Part shown: positions 8,774 through 17,372 of the stretch, one piece after another
Layout: every line of letters begins with the position of its first letter
Position numbering within the stretch: the first letter of the stretch is position 1
Assembly: GCA_963922495.1 (NCBI GenBank)
Contig: CAWUIH010000001.1
Span: 53,268-117,267, forward strand
DNA length: 64,000 bases
Reading direction: 5' to 3'
Source of the DNA: an uncultured Coxiellaceae bacterium
Lineage (GTDB): Bacteria > Pseudomonadota > Gammaproteobacteria > Coxiellales > Coxiellaceae
Program-made: the position numbers and the translations under genes
The notes under the pieces: generated by a model
What the model was told of the DNA's origin: nothing
The model's input: only the letters and a program-made list of their open reading frames with translations
Databases searched by the model: none

Positions 8774-10744
8774 ATGAAGATAAAACGACTGATTGCAACT
8801 GTCCTTTCCGCCCTCACTGTAGTGGCTGCCAATGCCCAGGCCGCTGATTTGATTCAAGTTTATCATCAGGCGCTTGTGAGTGACCCCGCTTTCAAAGAGG
8901 CCTATGCGACTTGGATGGCGGCGAAAGAGGACTTACCACTGGCTTATTCCAGTGGTGGCCTTCCCGGGGGTGGTTTATTACCTTTTGTTGATTTACAGGG
9001 AAATTTTAATCCTACTTGGGTTCGTAATCGAGATAACGGTGGAACTTATTCTGGAAGCGTGAATAGTCTCGGTTACTCACTATCTATTACGCAGAGTATT
9101 TTTAATTTTGCTACTTGGAAGTCAATTGCCGGCGCCAACTTCACAGTTAAGGCCGCAACTGCAACTTACTTGGCGGCGTCTCAAGATCTGATGTCCCGCA
9201 GTGCTGAAGATTATTTTCAAGTATTAAAAGATTATGATGCGTTACGCTATACTTTGGCATTAAAGCAAGCTAATTTGCACCAATTGGTGACGGCAGAACA
9301 AGAATACAAAGTTGGTTTGATTGCCATCACCGGAGTTTATGAGGCGCAAGCGAGTTACGATAGTTCCATTGCGCAAGAAATTGCAGATCGTAATACGCTT
9401 GCTAACGATTTAGAAACATTGCGCTCAATTACAGGGGTGCGCTATAAGTCATTAGCGATGTTGAAAAACACTATACCGTTGGTAATTCCAAAACCACATA
9501 ATTTAAGAGCTTGGATAGATATTTCTCTTCATCAAAACTACGGTATTCAATCAGATCTCAACGGCATGTTGGCTGCTCACCAGGCAGTATTAGCCGCTGC
9601 GGCAGGACGTTATCCTGCGTTGTCTGCTAGTGTCAGTGGTGGTCAAACTCAAACCGGGGAGCAACCTGGTGCGGATACCGGAACAGAGCATACAACAAGC
9701 ATTAACGGCACTATTACTCTCGATTTTCCAGTATATCGCGGCGGTTATGACGGGCCCAATACTAAACAGAAAGAGTATTTGTATTTGAAAGCCAGTGAGC
9801 AGCTGGAGTATCAACATCGATATGTTATTGAGAATACCAGTCAGCAGTACCTAAATGTTGACGCCTATACCGTGAAAATTAAGGCGGACCAAGAAGCTAT
9901 TGTCTCAGCTAGAAATAAATTAAAGGCAACGCAGTCAGGTTACGTGGTAGGTACTCGTACCATGGTAGATGTACTTAATGCCATTAGTGATCTTTATAAT
10001 GTTGAGCAACAATGGTCAGATGACCGTTACAACTATGTGACGGCAATCATCTCTTTGAAGAATTATGCCGGGACATTATCTCCTAAAGATTTGGCTGTAA
10101 TTAATACTTGGCTTGGCAAATCAGTTACATTTAATACCAGTTACAATGTCAATGTCAGTCCACTCGCAACTCTTCAGGGGATTGCCAAAGGTGATGGCGG
10201 CGCTGCCAGCAAAGCGGGTTCTTTGAAAGCGGCACAGCAACCCCCATTGAATTCCAAGAAGGGTTTTGGAACCACCGTGACACAATCTCCCGCTGCGATG
10301 AACGCAGTTGCTCAATTGACAAGTTCTCCCACTAATTCGCACATAAATCATGCTCGCATAGCCACCAACGGCTACACCAAAACTTATTATGCAATCCAGG
10401 TTTATGCGGCCCAAAACCTGAGCGAAGCCTACTCGTTTATCAGCCATTATTCAATCGATGCAAGCCAGCAGTTACACATTGTGCGTCATAAACAATGGTA
10501 TCGAGTTGTTTACGGGCATTATCCTTCTTATAGCCAGGCCAAAATATATATTCGTGAATTGCCCCATAGTTTGCGGCACCTAAAACCCTACGTCGTTAAG
10601 GTGGTAGAGTCGCGTAGCTCTGATGTCAAGTCACATTCATTACAGCCTGGCGAACAACATAAATCGTCTTTGAGCAACGTTCCCGATATCGATAGCCGCA
10701 CTTCAGTGTCAGTTGGTAGTAGTACTAGGCCTAGGTCTCGCTAG
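8774..10744 (+). CDS. tolC: TolC-family outer-membrane channel with a C-terminal SPOR domain extension
   Basis: The start at 8774 gives MKIKRLIATVLSALTVVAANAQA with a signal peptide. The TolC core matches E. coli TolC blocks (LIQVYHQA, LSITQSIFNF, YKVGLIAITGVYEAQASYD, LETLRSITG). After about 450 aa comes a low-complexity linker. A SPOR-like block follows (YYAIQVYAAQNLSEAYSFI...WYRVVYGHYPSYSQAKIYIRELP) at about 10384-10606. Confidence 0.85.
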   Translation: MKIKRLIATVLSALTVVAANAQAADLIQVYHQALVSDPAFKEAYATWMAAKEDLPLAYSSGGLPGGGLLPFVDLQGNFNPTWVRNRDNGGTYSGSVNSLGYSLSITQSIFNFATWKSIAGANFTVKAATATYLAASQDLMSRSAEDYFQVLKDYDALRYTLALKQANLHQLVTAEQEYKVGLIAITGVYEAQASYDSSIAQEIADRNTLANDLETLRSITGVRYKSLAMLKNTIPLVIPKPHNLRAWIDISLHQNYGIQSDLNGMLAAHQAVLAAAAGRYPALSASVSGGQTQTGEQPGADTGTEHTTSINGTITLDFPVYRGGYDGPNTKQKEYLYLKASEQLEYQHRYVIENTSQQYLNVDAYTVKIKADQEAIVSARNKLKATQSGYVVGTRTMVDVLNAISDLYNVEQQWSDDRYNYVTAIISLKNYAGTLSPKDLAVINTWLGKSVTFNTSYNVNVSPLATLQGIAKGDGGAASKAGSLKAAQQPPLNSKKGFGTTVTQSPAAMNAVAQLTSSPTNSHINHARIATNGYTKTYYAIQVYAAQNLSEAYSFISHYSIDASQQLHIVRHKQWYRVVYGHYPSYSQAKIYIRELPHSLRHLKPYVVKVVESRSSDVKSHSLQPGEQHKSSLSNVPDIDSRTSVSVGSSTRPRSR

Positions 10745-10823
10745 CGCACTATCGAAACGCCAAAGCTAATCATTTCGGTGTGACTTTCCTCCCTTATCAC
10801 CTTTGTATAAATTCTTATATTTA

Positions 10824-10855
10824 AATATTGCAATATTGCTATATTTTGATATAAT
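10824..10855 (+). promoter_or_regulatory. Candidate sigma70 promoter with an overlapping palindromic operator for the arsR-MFS operon; predicted leaderless transcript
   Basis: A perfect 14-bp palindrome (AATATTGCAATATT) lies at 10824-10837. It contains a -35-like TTGCAA (10828-10833). A 16-nt spacer precedes an extended -10 (TGATATAAT), with TATAAT at 10850-10855. Only 6 nt (tgttgt, no SD) separate it from the ATG at 10862. Confidence 0.5.
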
Positions 10856-10861
10856 TGTTGT

Positions 10862-11185
10862 ATGAATATCGCTAAAAAACTCCGTATTATCTCCAATCCA
10901 GTTCGTCTCAATATCCTGGAATGGTTAGCGAATCCGTATGAACATTTTAAAGACTGCTTGCTCACCTCAGAGGGTGTGTCGCCTGTGGATAGCCAAGGTG
11001 GGGTGTGTATCGGTGCGATTGTTAAAAAAGCTAAACTAGCACAACCCACGATTTCGCAGTATATGTCTCTCATGCAATCTGCGGAGCTTGTTTATTCAAA
11101 ACGGCGTGGACAATGGAACCATTTTTATCTTAACAGGGACGTAGTACAACTTTTATTAAAGAACTTAACCGAAAAAATATCATGA
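10862..11185 (+). CDS. ArsR/SmtB-family HTH transcriptional regulator
   Basis: Has SNPVRLNILEWL and the recognition-helix region LAQPTISQYMSLMQSAELV, followed by a wing (RRGQWNHFYLN). It overlaps the downstream MFS gene by 4 nt. Confidence 0.8.
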   Translation: MNIAKKLRIISNPVRLNILEWLANPYEHFKDCLLTSEGVSPVDSQGGVCIGAIVKKAKLAQPTISQYMSLMQSAELVYSKRRGQWNHFYLNRDVVQLLLKNLTEKIS

Positions 11186-12372
11186 ACTATTCGCAAAAAT
11201 CTCCGCATATTGCTTCGTTTCTATTTATATTGCCGTTGCCAACAATTTTGATTGTGATGTTTTCACCAATGTTGGTTGCCCTCGCAAATACCTTTCAAAT
11301 CAGTGCTGCCAGTGCAAAAGCAACTATTGTAGTGAGTTTATTGGGTTACGCAATTGGGCCATTGATTTATGGTCCACTATCGAATCGTTTTGGCCGTAAA
11401 CCTGCGTTATATTTAGGTTTAACTGTAACATTACTAGGATTAGTAATTGATGTTGTAGCCACTCAGTTGCTTAGTTATGAGTTGTTTTTAATTGGTCGGG
11501 TTATAACGACACTCGGTGCAGTTGCTGGAATGACATTATCATTTGCGATGATTGGAGATTGTTTTGAACCTGAGAAAGCGCGTAAAGTCACTACTTTGTC
11601 AATTCTAAGCTTTGGATTTTTGCCCGGTTTAGTCGCGATATTAAGCGGATATATGACACAACATGTTACCTGGGAAATCATGTTGTATTTTGGAATAATT
11701 TATGTGGTTCTTATGGCGATCATCGTTTATTTTATACCGGAAACTCATCATTCTAAAAATCCCCATGCGCTGAATTTAAAGAAATTACTCTCAGGTTATG
11801 GCGTGGTTATTAAGTCACGAAATATGCTGATTTTAACTTTAATTACTGGCATGTGTACGAGTGTGTTTTATATTTATGCCGCACAAGCTCCATTTATTGG
11901 TATTCATTTGATCGGACTAAAAACTTCAACTTTTGGATTATTGAATTTTTTCCCCTACATTATTTATTTGATTTCGCTAATTATTAATGCAAAAATAGCT
12001 CATCGAAAAAGCTATTTTCGATTAGTGATGACGGGGGTAATTCCGTTTGCGTTGGGTGGTGTCATCATGTTGTTGTGCTATTCTTGGGGTGTCATTAACA
12101 TATGGACATTGTTTATTCCCAGTGCCTTAGTGCTATTTGGGATGGCACCGATTATGCCAAGCACCATTGCACTGGCTATCAGTGAATTCAGTGATAAAGG
12201 TTCAGCGTCAGCATTTAATAATTTCGGTTTTGTAACAGTTTCCATGCTTATCACCTTTGTGACTAGTAATATTTCATTGGTTCATGGTTTAATATACCCG
12301 GTTGCAATTATTATCGCGGTGTTAATCACAAGCCTGGTAGTATTCCATCAATTTGTATTGAAGTCAGTTTAA
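11182..12372 (+). CDS. MFS transporter, Bcr/CflA-like drug-efflux subfamily
   Basis: About 12 TM segments. The MFS loop motif GPLSNRFGRKP lies between TM2 and TM3. Confidence 0.8.
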   Translation: MNYSQKSPHIASFLFILPLPTILIVMFSPMLVALANTFQISAASAKATIVVSLLGYAIGPLIYGPLSNRFGRKPALYLGLTVTLLGLVIDVVATQLLSYELFLIGRVITTLGAVAGMTLSFAMIGDCFEPEKARKVTTLSILSFGFLPGLVAILSGYMTQHVTWEIMLYFGIIYVVLMAIIVYFIPETHHSKNPHALNLKKLLSGYGVVIKSRNMLILTLITGMCTSVFYIYAAQAPFIGIHLIGLKTSTFGLLNFFPYIIYLISLIINAKIAHRKSYFRLVMTGVIPFALGGVIMLLCYSWGVINIWTLFIPSALVLFGMAPIMPSTIALAISEFSDKGSASAFNNFGFVTVSMLITFVTSNISLVHGLIYPVAIIIAVLITSLVVFHQFVLKSV

Positions 12373-12386
12373 TCGCAATTACTTGA

Positions 12387-13547
12387 TTAGTCGGTTCCCA
12401 TTGTCGGTTGTTGTATTTGATAATCGCTTAATAAGGGAGTTTTCTTGTTGTCTCCTTTGATAGCGTCCTTGGTGTCTGCAGGAACGCTCTGAGCTTTTGT
12501 ATCTGGGGGCCGAACCGATGATGAAGGCGTAGAAAAAATACTCAGAGCGCCAGTAAACAATCCTGTTAAAGTGTTTAAAACTGACGATTTAGGGTCGATA
12601 CCATGATGTTGGCAAATTTCTTGATAGTAGCCAATAAATATATCTTTTTGCTTTTTTTCAGCTCTCTGATGACACCATTCGTCAGCGCTTTTGGAAATTT
12701 CAGGGTATTTCCGACGATTAACCAGTGCAAAGGTGATCGCAATGCAATATGGTTCTTCATGAGCTAAGGCAAGGTAAAACAATTCGACTCTCCTTAATTC
12801 AGAACTCTTAATAATGGCATGATAATATCTATTAAAAAGTGCAGCAGCAAATTGTACTCGATTGTGACTAACTGCCGCGTGTAGAAAATCGATTAAATAG
12901 ATCGAGTTATCGGCGCATACATTCATGACCTTTGTGAATGTTTCATGCGTCAGTGTGATATCTTCGTGTTCGAGTGTTTGTATCACATCGTGGATGGTTC
13001 TTGGTACGATGGGTTTTTGTATTGCGACCCATGTTTGATAAAAATGAGCTGCTTTTGCAATGGTCGATTCATTAATGTTGCGTTTTAATTTAATTCTTTG
13101 AAGTTTAATATATTGTCGGGCTATGAAAAAGTCTTTTTTTTGCTTAGCGGTGAATTCTTGAGAATTGTTATCGAACTTTGTAATCAGTTGTTGATGCTGA
13201 TTGGATTCTGTAAATCCTATTAAAAATCCTAATATGGTTACAGAGTAATTTTGAATTTCTAGGATCGTTTGTATTAGAGAGTCAAGGTATGTTGATTCCT
13301 GTTTCAGTAGCCATTTAAATATGGTTGCTTCTTCGGCGAATCCAATAACTATCGCTTCTTGGTTAGCTTGTATTGCTTGATTCAAAAGGCTTTGAAGTAA
13401 ACTTGAATGAGGCTTTTGAGATAAGAATTGTTTAAATTTCTCAACTACCGGTTCCTTTTTCCCGCTTGTAATGAGTGGGTTAATTTCCTTAAAAAGGTTC
13501 TTTTGTTTTTTGTCTTTATCAGGCAATTGAGTATAATTTGTCCGCAT
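12387..13547 (-). CDS. Hypothetical protein (orphan, helical, with a polar disordered C-terminus)
   Basis: 386 aa with no TM or signal peptide and no recognisable catalytic motif. The C-terminal ~45 aa are rich in S/T/P/D/K (TPSSSVRPPDTKAQSVPADTKDAIKGDNKKTPLLSDYQIQQPTMGTD). Confidence 0.5.
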   Translation of the reverse strand: MRTNYTQLPDKDKKQKNLFKEINPLITSGKKEPVVEKFKQFLSQKPHSSLLQSLLNQAIQANQEAIVIGFAEEATIFKWLLKQESTYLDSLIQTILEIQNYSVTILGFLIGFTESNQHQQLITKFDNNSQEFTAKQKKDFFIARQYIKLQRIKLKRNINESTIAKAAHFYQTWVAIQKPIVPRTIHDVIQTLEHEDITLTHETFTKVMNVCADNSIYLIDFLHAAVSHNRVQFAAALFNRYYHAIIKSSELRRVELFYLALAHEEPYCIAITFALVNRRKYPEISKSADEWCHQRAEKKQKDIFIGYYQEICQHHGIDPKSSVLNTLTGLFTGALSIFSTPSSSVRPPDTKAQSVPADTKDAIKGDNKKTPLLSDYQIQQPTMGTD

Positions 13548-13689
13548 TTTCCCCTCAAGTTTACTATTGGTTTGGTTCTGGGTTCTGTATTCTACTACAG
13601 CATTATTAACTAATAATGAATATAATCATGTTCTTCCCGAATAATTCTAAAGGAATCAGAGGAGTGAGGTTATCACGCTTAGCAACCAG

Positions 13690-14958
13690 TTATGGATTAT
13701 TGAGGTGACAAGAAATCCATTGCAAATGTCTTTTTAATGCGCCAGTGTTTGATTCACTAACAGCAAGGGCACGTTGTCCCAAGGCAATACGTTGCGTTTC
13801 ATCGTTGAATAGTTCATTCACTGCAGAGGCAATATCAGTTGCATTATCAACTATTTTCAGTGCATTTGCTTTTTTAAGTAGTTCGCTGATCGCCTCAAAA
13901 TTATGCAAATTTGGACCCGTCAGTAGCGGTAACTTTAATGCCGCCGGTTCAATTAAATTATGGCCCCCGACCTGACACAAACTTCCTGCAACAAAGGCGA
14001 CATCGCTGGCGGCATAAAACAACATCATTTCTCCCATGGTGTCACCAAGCATGATACTGGTATCAATCGTAGGCATTTGTTTTAAGCTACGTCTTGCCAC
14101 AGTAAAACCATGAGATTTACATAATTTTGCAACCTTGTTGAAGCGGTCGGGGTGACGTGGTACCAAAATTAACAATGTGTTTGGATGTTGCTGTTGGATA
14201 TTTTTAAATGCATCTAAGATAACTTCTTCTTCTGTTTCATGAGTGCTAGCAGCAATAAAAGTTGGTCGATTACCGTAGTCGTGTTTGAGTTGTAACCCTT
14301 TCTGTTGGATGCCTTCTGGAAGTTGTAAATCAAATTTAATGTTACCGCTGATAAATAATTTATCAGGATTCGCGCCGAGTTGTAAGAAATGGCTGCCATC
14401 AAGATCACTTTGTGCGGCAATATTGGTAAAATTTTGGAGCATCTGTTCAGTGAGAGAGGCAATATGTTGATAGCCCTTCATTGAGCGCAATGACAAGCGC
14501 GCGTTTGCCAGCAGTAGTGGGATATGGCGTTTTGCTGTGTAATAGAGTAAGTTTGGCCATAATTCAGTTTCCATGATGATAGCTATTTCAGGATGAATTC
14601 GTTTGAGAAAACGTTTAACGATTAGAGGTAAATCGTAAGGCAGATAAAGGCTGATCACAGCATCGCCGAAGCGTTGTTGTACTTGTGCGCGTCCTGTAGG
14701 GGTTGTGGTAGTAATCACTAAATGATGCTGTGGATATTTTTTTAAAATGTTTTTAATCAACGGAGTAGCAGCAATGACCTCGCCGACAGAGACAGCGTGT
14801 AGCCAAATCACCTTGTCATTTGCTGGAATCGCTTTTATATTGGCAAAGCGTTCTGACCAGTTTTTGCGATAACCCATTTGTTTCAACGAGCGCCAATAAA
14901 GGCGCAACAACACAAAGGGCAATGCTGCAGTAAGTATAAAAGTGTATAAGTAACGCAT
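13690..14958 (-). CDS. waaA: 3-deoxy-D-manno-octulosonic acid (Kdo) transferase
   Basis: Has an N-terminal anchor and the WLHAVSVGEV motif. The C-terminal glycosyltransferase block (GGHNLIEPAAL) is typical of WaaA/KdtA. Confidence 0.9.
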   Translation of the reverse strand: MRYLYTFILTAALPFVLLRLYWRSLKQMGYRKNWSERFANIKAIPANDKVIWLHAVSVGEVIAATPLIKNILKKYPQHHLVITTTTPTGRAQVQQRFGDAVISLYLPYDLPLIVKRFLKRIHPEIAIIMETELWPNLLYYTAKRHIPLLLANARLSLRSMKGYQHIASLTEQMLQNFTNIAAQSDLDGSHFLQLGANPDKLFISGNIKFDLQLPEGIQQKGLQLKHDYGNRPTFIAASTHETEEEVILDAFKNIQQQHPNTLLILVPRHPDRFNKVAKLCKSHGFTVARRSLKQMPTIDTSIMLGDTMGEMMLFYAASDVAFVAGSLCQVGGHNLIEPAALKLPLLTGPNLHNFEAISELLKKANALKIVDNATDIASAVNELFNDETQRIALGQRALAVSESNTGALKRHLQWISCHLNNP

Positions 14959-15015
14959 TGGTGTAGTTTACAATGTTGTTATTTTGTGTCAAAGCTTAAT
15001 TGAGGCCGATCAAAT

Positions 15016-16917
15016 ATGCGAAATAAAAATCAGGGATACACTGCTGCATCGATTGAAGTATTGAGCGGTTTGGACCCAGTAAAACTGCGACCGGGAATGT
15101 ACACTGACATTTCCAATCCCAACCATCTTGCGCATGAGATTATTGATAATAGCACCGATGAGGCAATCGCGGGTTTTGCACGTAATATTGCTGTTACATT
15201 ATATTCCGATAATTCGCTATCCGTCAGTGACGACGGTCGTGGGATGCCAACCGATATCCACCCCACTCATCAATTAACCGGCATCGAATTAATTCTGACC
15301 CGTCTACATGCAGGTGCAAAATTCTCTTCTAAAACTTATCAATATTCCGGTGGCTTACACGGTGTTGGTGTTTCTGTGGTGAATGCGCTATCTAAAAAAC
15401 TTATTGTGCAGGTCAAAAAGGACGGTAAAATTCTGCAAATGGATTTTGCTAATGGTGAACGTACTAGAAAGCTACGCACTGTGGGCCAATGTAATAAAAA
15501 TGAAACGGGTACTTTAGTACAGTTCTGGCCGGACGCAAAATATTTTGATTCCGTGAAATTTGTGATCACCGCACTGAAACATACTTTGCGCGCCAAGGCG
15601 GTGCTGTGTCCTGGCTTAGCAATGCGCTTTTGTGATGATAAGAGTGGCAAGGTGACGGAGTGGTTTTATGAACAGGGATTAAAAACTTATCTTTCCGACA
15701 GCTTGCGTGGTGTGTTAGCCGTACCACAGACACCATGGGTGGATAGTTTTACTGGTGACAAAGAAGCGGTTGATTGGGCTGTGAGCTGGTTGCCAGAAGG
15801 CGGCAATGCAGTGACAGAGAGTTATGTCAATTTAATACCGACTCCCAGTGGCGGGACTCATGTAAATGGGTTGCGAACAGGTTTGTTGGAAGCAATGCGT
15901 GAATTTTGTGATATTCATAAATTGTTACCACGAAACCTAAAATTAACTGGCGATGATATTTGGGAGCAATGTTCGTTTGTGTTATCGATTAAAATGCAAG
16001 AAACGCAATTCTCAGGACAAACTAAAGAGCGCCTTACCTCACGCCAAGCGGCAGTATTTGTCTCTGGAGTTGTTAAAGATGCTTTCAGTCTTTGGCTTAA
16101 TCAACATGTCAATGACGGAAAATTAATTGCAGAATTAGCGATTGCAAATGCACAAAAGCGGCTGAAAATTAGTAAAAAAGTATCACGTAAAAAAATCACT
16201 ACAGGCCCCGCCTTACCTGGAAAACTAGCTGATTGTAGTCTGTCTGATCCAATGCAATGTGAGTTGTTTCTTGTAGAGGGGGATTCAGCTGGTGGATCAG
16301 CAAAACAGGCACGTGATAAAAACTTCCAAGCAGTAATGCCCTTGCGCGGAAAAATTCTCAATACCTGGGAGGTGGAAACCGAGCAAGTGCTGGCATCACA
16401 ATCAGTACATGATGTGGCGGTGGCAATGGGCGTTGATCCGGGTAGTGATGATATTCGAGGTCTGCGCTACGGAAGAATTTGTATTTTGGCGGATGCGGAT
16501 TCTGACGGCTATCATATTGCGACTCTATTATGTGCATTATTTTTGAAACATTTTCCAAAATTGGTGTCGGATGGGCACGTATTTGTTGCAATGCCACCGC
16601 TTTATCGCATAGATGTGGGTAGGGAAGTGTATTACGCGTTGGATGAAAGTGAAAAAGATGGTATTTTGGATCGTGTTAAGGCTGAGAAGAAAAGAGGAGC
16701 GATCAACATTCAACGATTCAAAGGGTTAGGTGAAATGAACCCTGACCAACTGCGTGAAACCACGATGAATCCAGATACGCGTCGTCTAGTACAGTTAATA
16801 GTGAAGAGCGGCGATCAATCACAACAAATGTTAGATATGTTGCTTGCCAAAAAGCGCGCGCAAGACCGTCGAAAATGGCTAGAAGAGAAAGGCAATTTAG
16901 CTGAAACAACTTCGTAA
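15016..16917 (+). CDS. parE: DNA topoisomerase IV subunit B
   Basis: 633 aa with a GHKL ATPase N-terminus (EIIDNSTDEA, DDGRGMP, GGLHGVG). It has a Toprim block (ELFLVEGDSAGGSAKQARD, ILADADSDGYHI) and QRFKGLGEMNPDQL. The size fits ParE rather than GyrB. Confidence 0.9.
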   Translation: MRNKNQGYTAASIEVLSGLDPVKLRPGMYTDISNPNHLAHEIIDNSTDEAIAGFARNIAVTLYSDNSLSVSDDGRGMPTDIHPTHQLTGIELILTRLHAGAKFSSKTYQYSGGLHGVGVSVVNALSKKLIVQVKKDGKILQMDFANGERTRKLRTVGQCNKNETGTLVQFWPDAKYFDSVKFVITALKHTLRAKAVLCPGLAMRFCDDKSGKVTEWFYEQGLKTYLSDSLRGVLAVPQTPWVDSFTGDKEAVDWAVSWLPEGGNAVTESYVNLIPTPSGGTHVNGLRTGLLEAMREFCDIHKLLPRNLKLTGDDIWEQCSFVLSIKMQETQFSGQTKERLTSRQAAVFVSGVVKDAFSLWLNQHVNDGKLIAELAIANAQKRLKISKKVSRKKITTGPALPGKLADCSLSDPMQCELFLVEGDSAGGSAKQARDKNFQAVMPLRGKILNTWEVETEQVLASQSVHDVAVAMGVDPGSDDIRGLRYGRICILADADSDGYHIATLLCALFLKHFPKLVSDGHVFVAMPPLYRIDVGREVYYALDESEKDGILDRVKAEKKRGAINIQRFKGLGEMNPDQLRETTMNPDTRRLVQLIVKSGDQSQQMLDMLLAKKRAQDRRKWLEEKGNLAETTS

Positions 16918-16941
16918 TTATTATATTTCCATGGAGCTCTA

Positions 16942-17280
16942 ATGCGTTACGATCCGAACCCTCCTAAAAAACGAACGGTCCCGTTAGTCACCGCGTTATT
17001 AATTATCTTACTGCTAATTTTATCATGGCGTATTGTGTTACCACTATTCGGTGTAACGTTGATTTTGACTGGAAATGCGATGGGGTTTTTAATTTCGACG
17101 ACGACAGTTTTGAGCGTCACCGTACTGCTATTTTTTTTATTTACCGGTATTGGTGTTTTGATATTCGGTATAATGGCATTTATATGGGCAGCAGTTGCTA
17201 TCAGTTTTTTCCCAGTGTTGTTTCCAGTGCTAGTTCCCTTACTAGTTGTTTTGATATTAATCCGCTTATTAAGAAGATAA
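16942..17280 (+). CDS. Hypothetical, extremely hydrophobic small membrane protein
   Basis: 112 aa. After a polar N-terminus (MRYDPNPPKKRT) there are three L/I/V/F-rich TM segments and an RLLRR end. It starts 25 nt after parE. The mirror ORF on the opposite strand is judged an artefact. Confidence 0.4.
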   Translation: MRYDPNPPKKRTVPLVTALLIILLLILSWRIVLPLFGVTLILTGNAMGFLISTTTVLSVTVLLFFLFTGIGVLIFGIMAFIWAAVAISFFPVLFPVLVPLLVVLILIRLLRR

Positions 17281-17372
17281 TTCACACTTTATGATCATTG
17301 GTATTTGATCACATGTCGGACAATCGAAATGATTTCTGATAGAATCTACGAAAATTTTAACGGGGGGTTTGC

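Noticed and set aside
16947-17285. 112-aa minus-strand ORF mirroring the hydrophobic ORF behind parE
   Set aside because: Its N/K/T/I-rich composition is what the reverse complement of a Leu/Ile/Phe/Val-rich gene produces. It has no plausible RBS or context. The plus-strand reading is preferred, though neither frame is proven.
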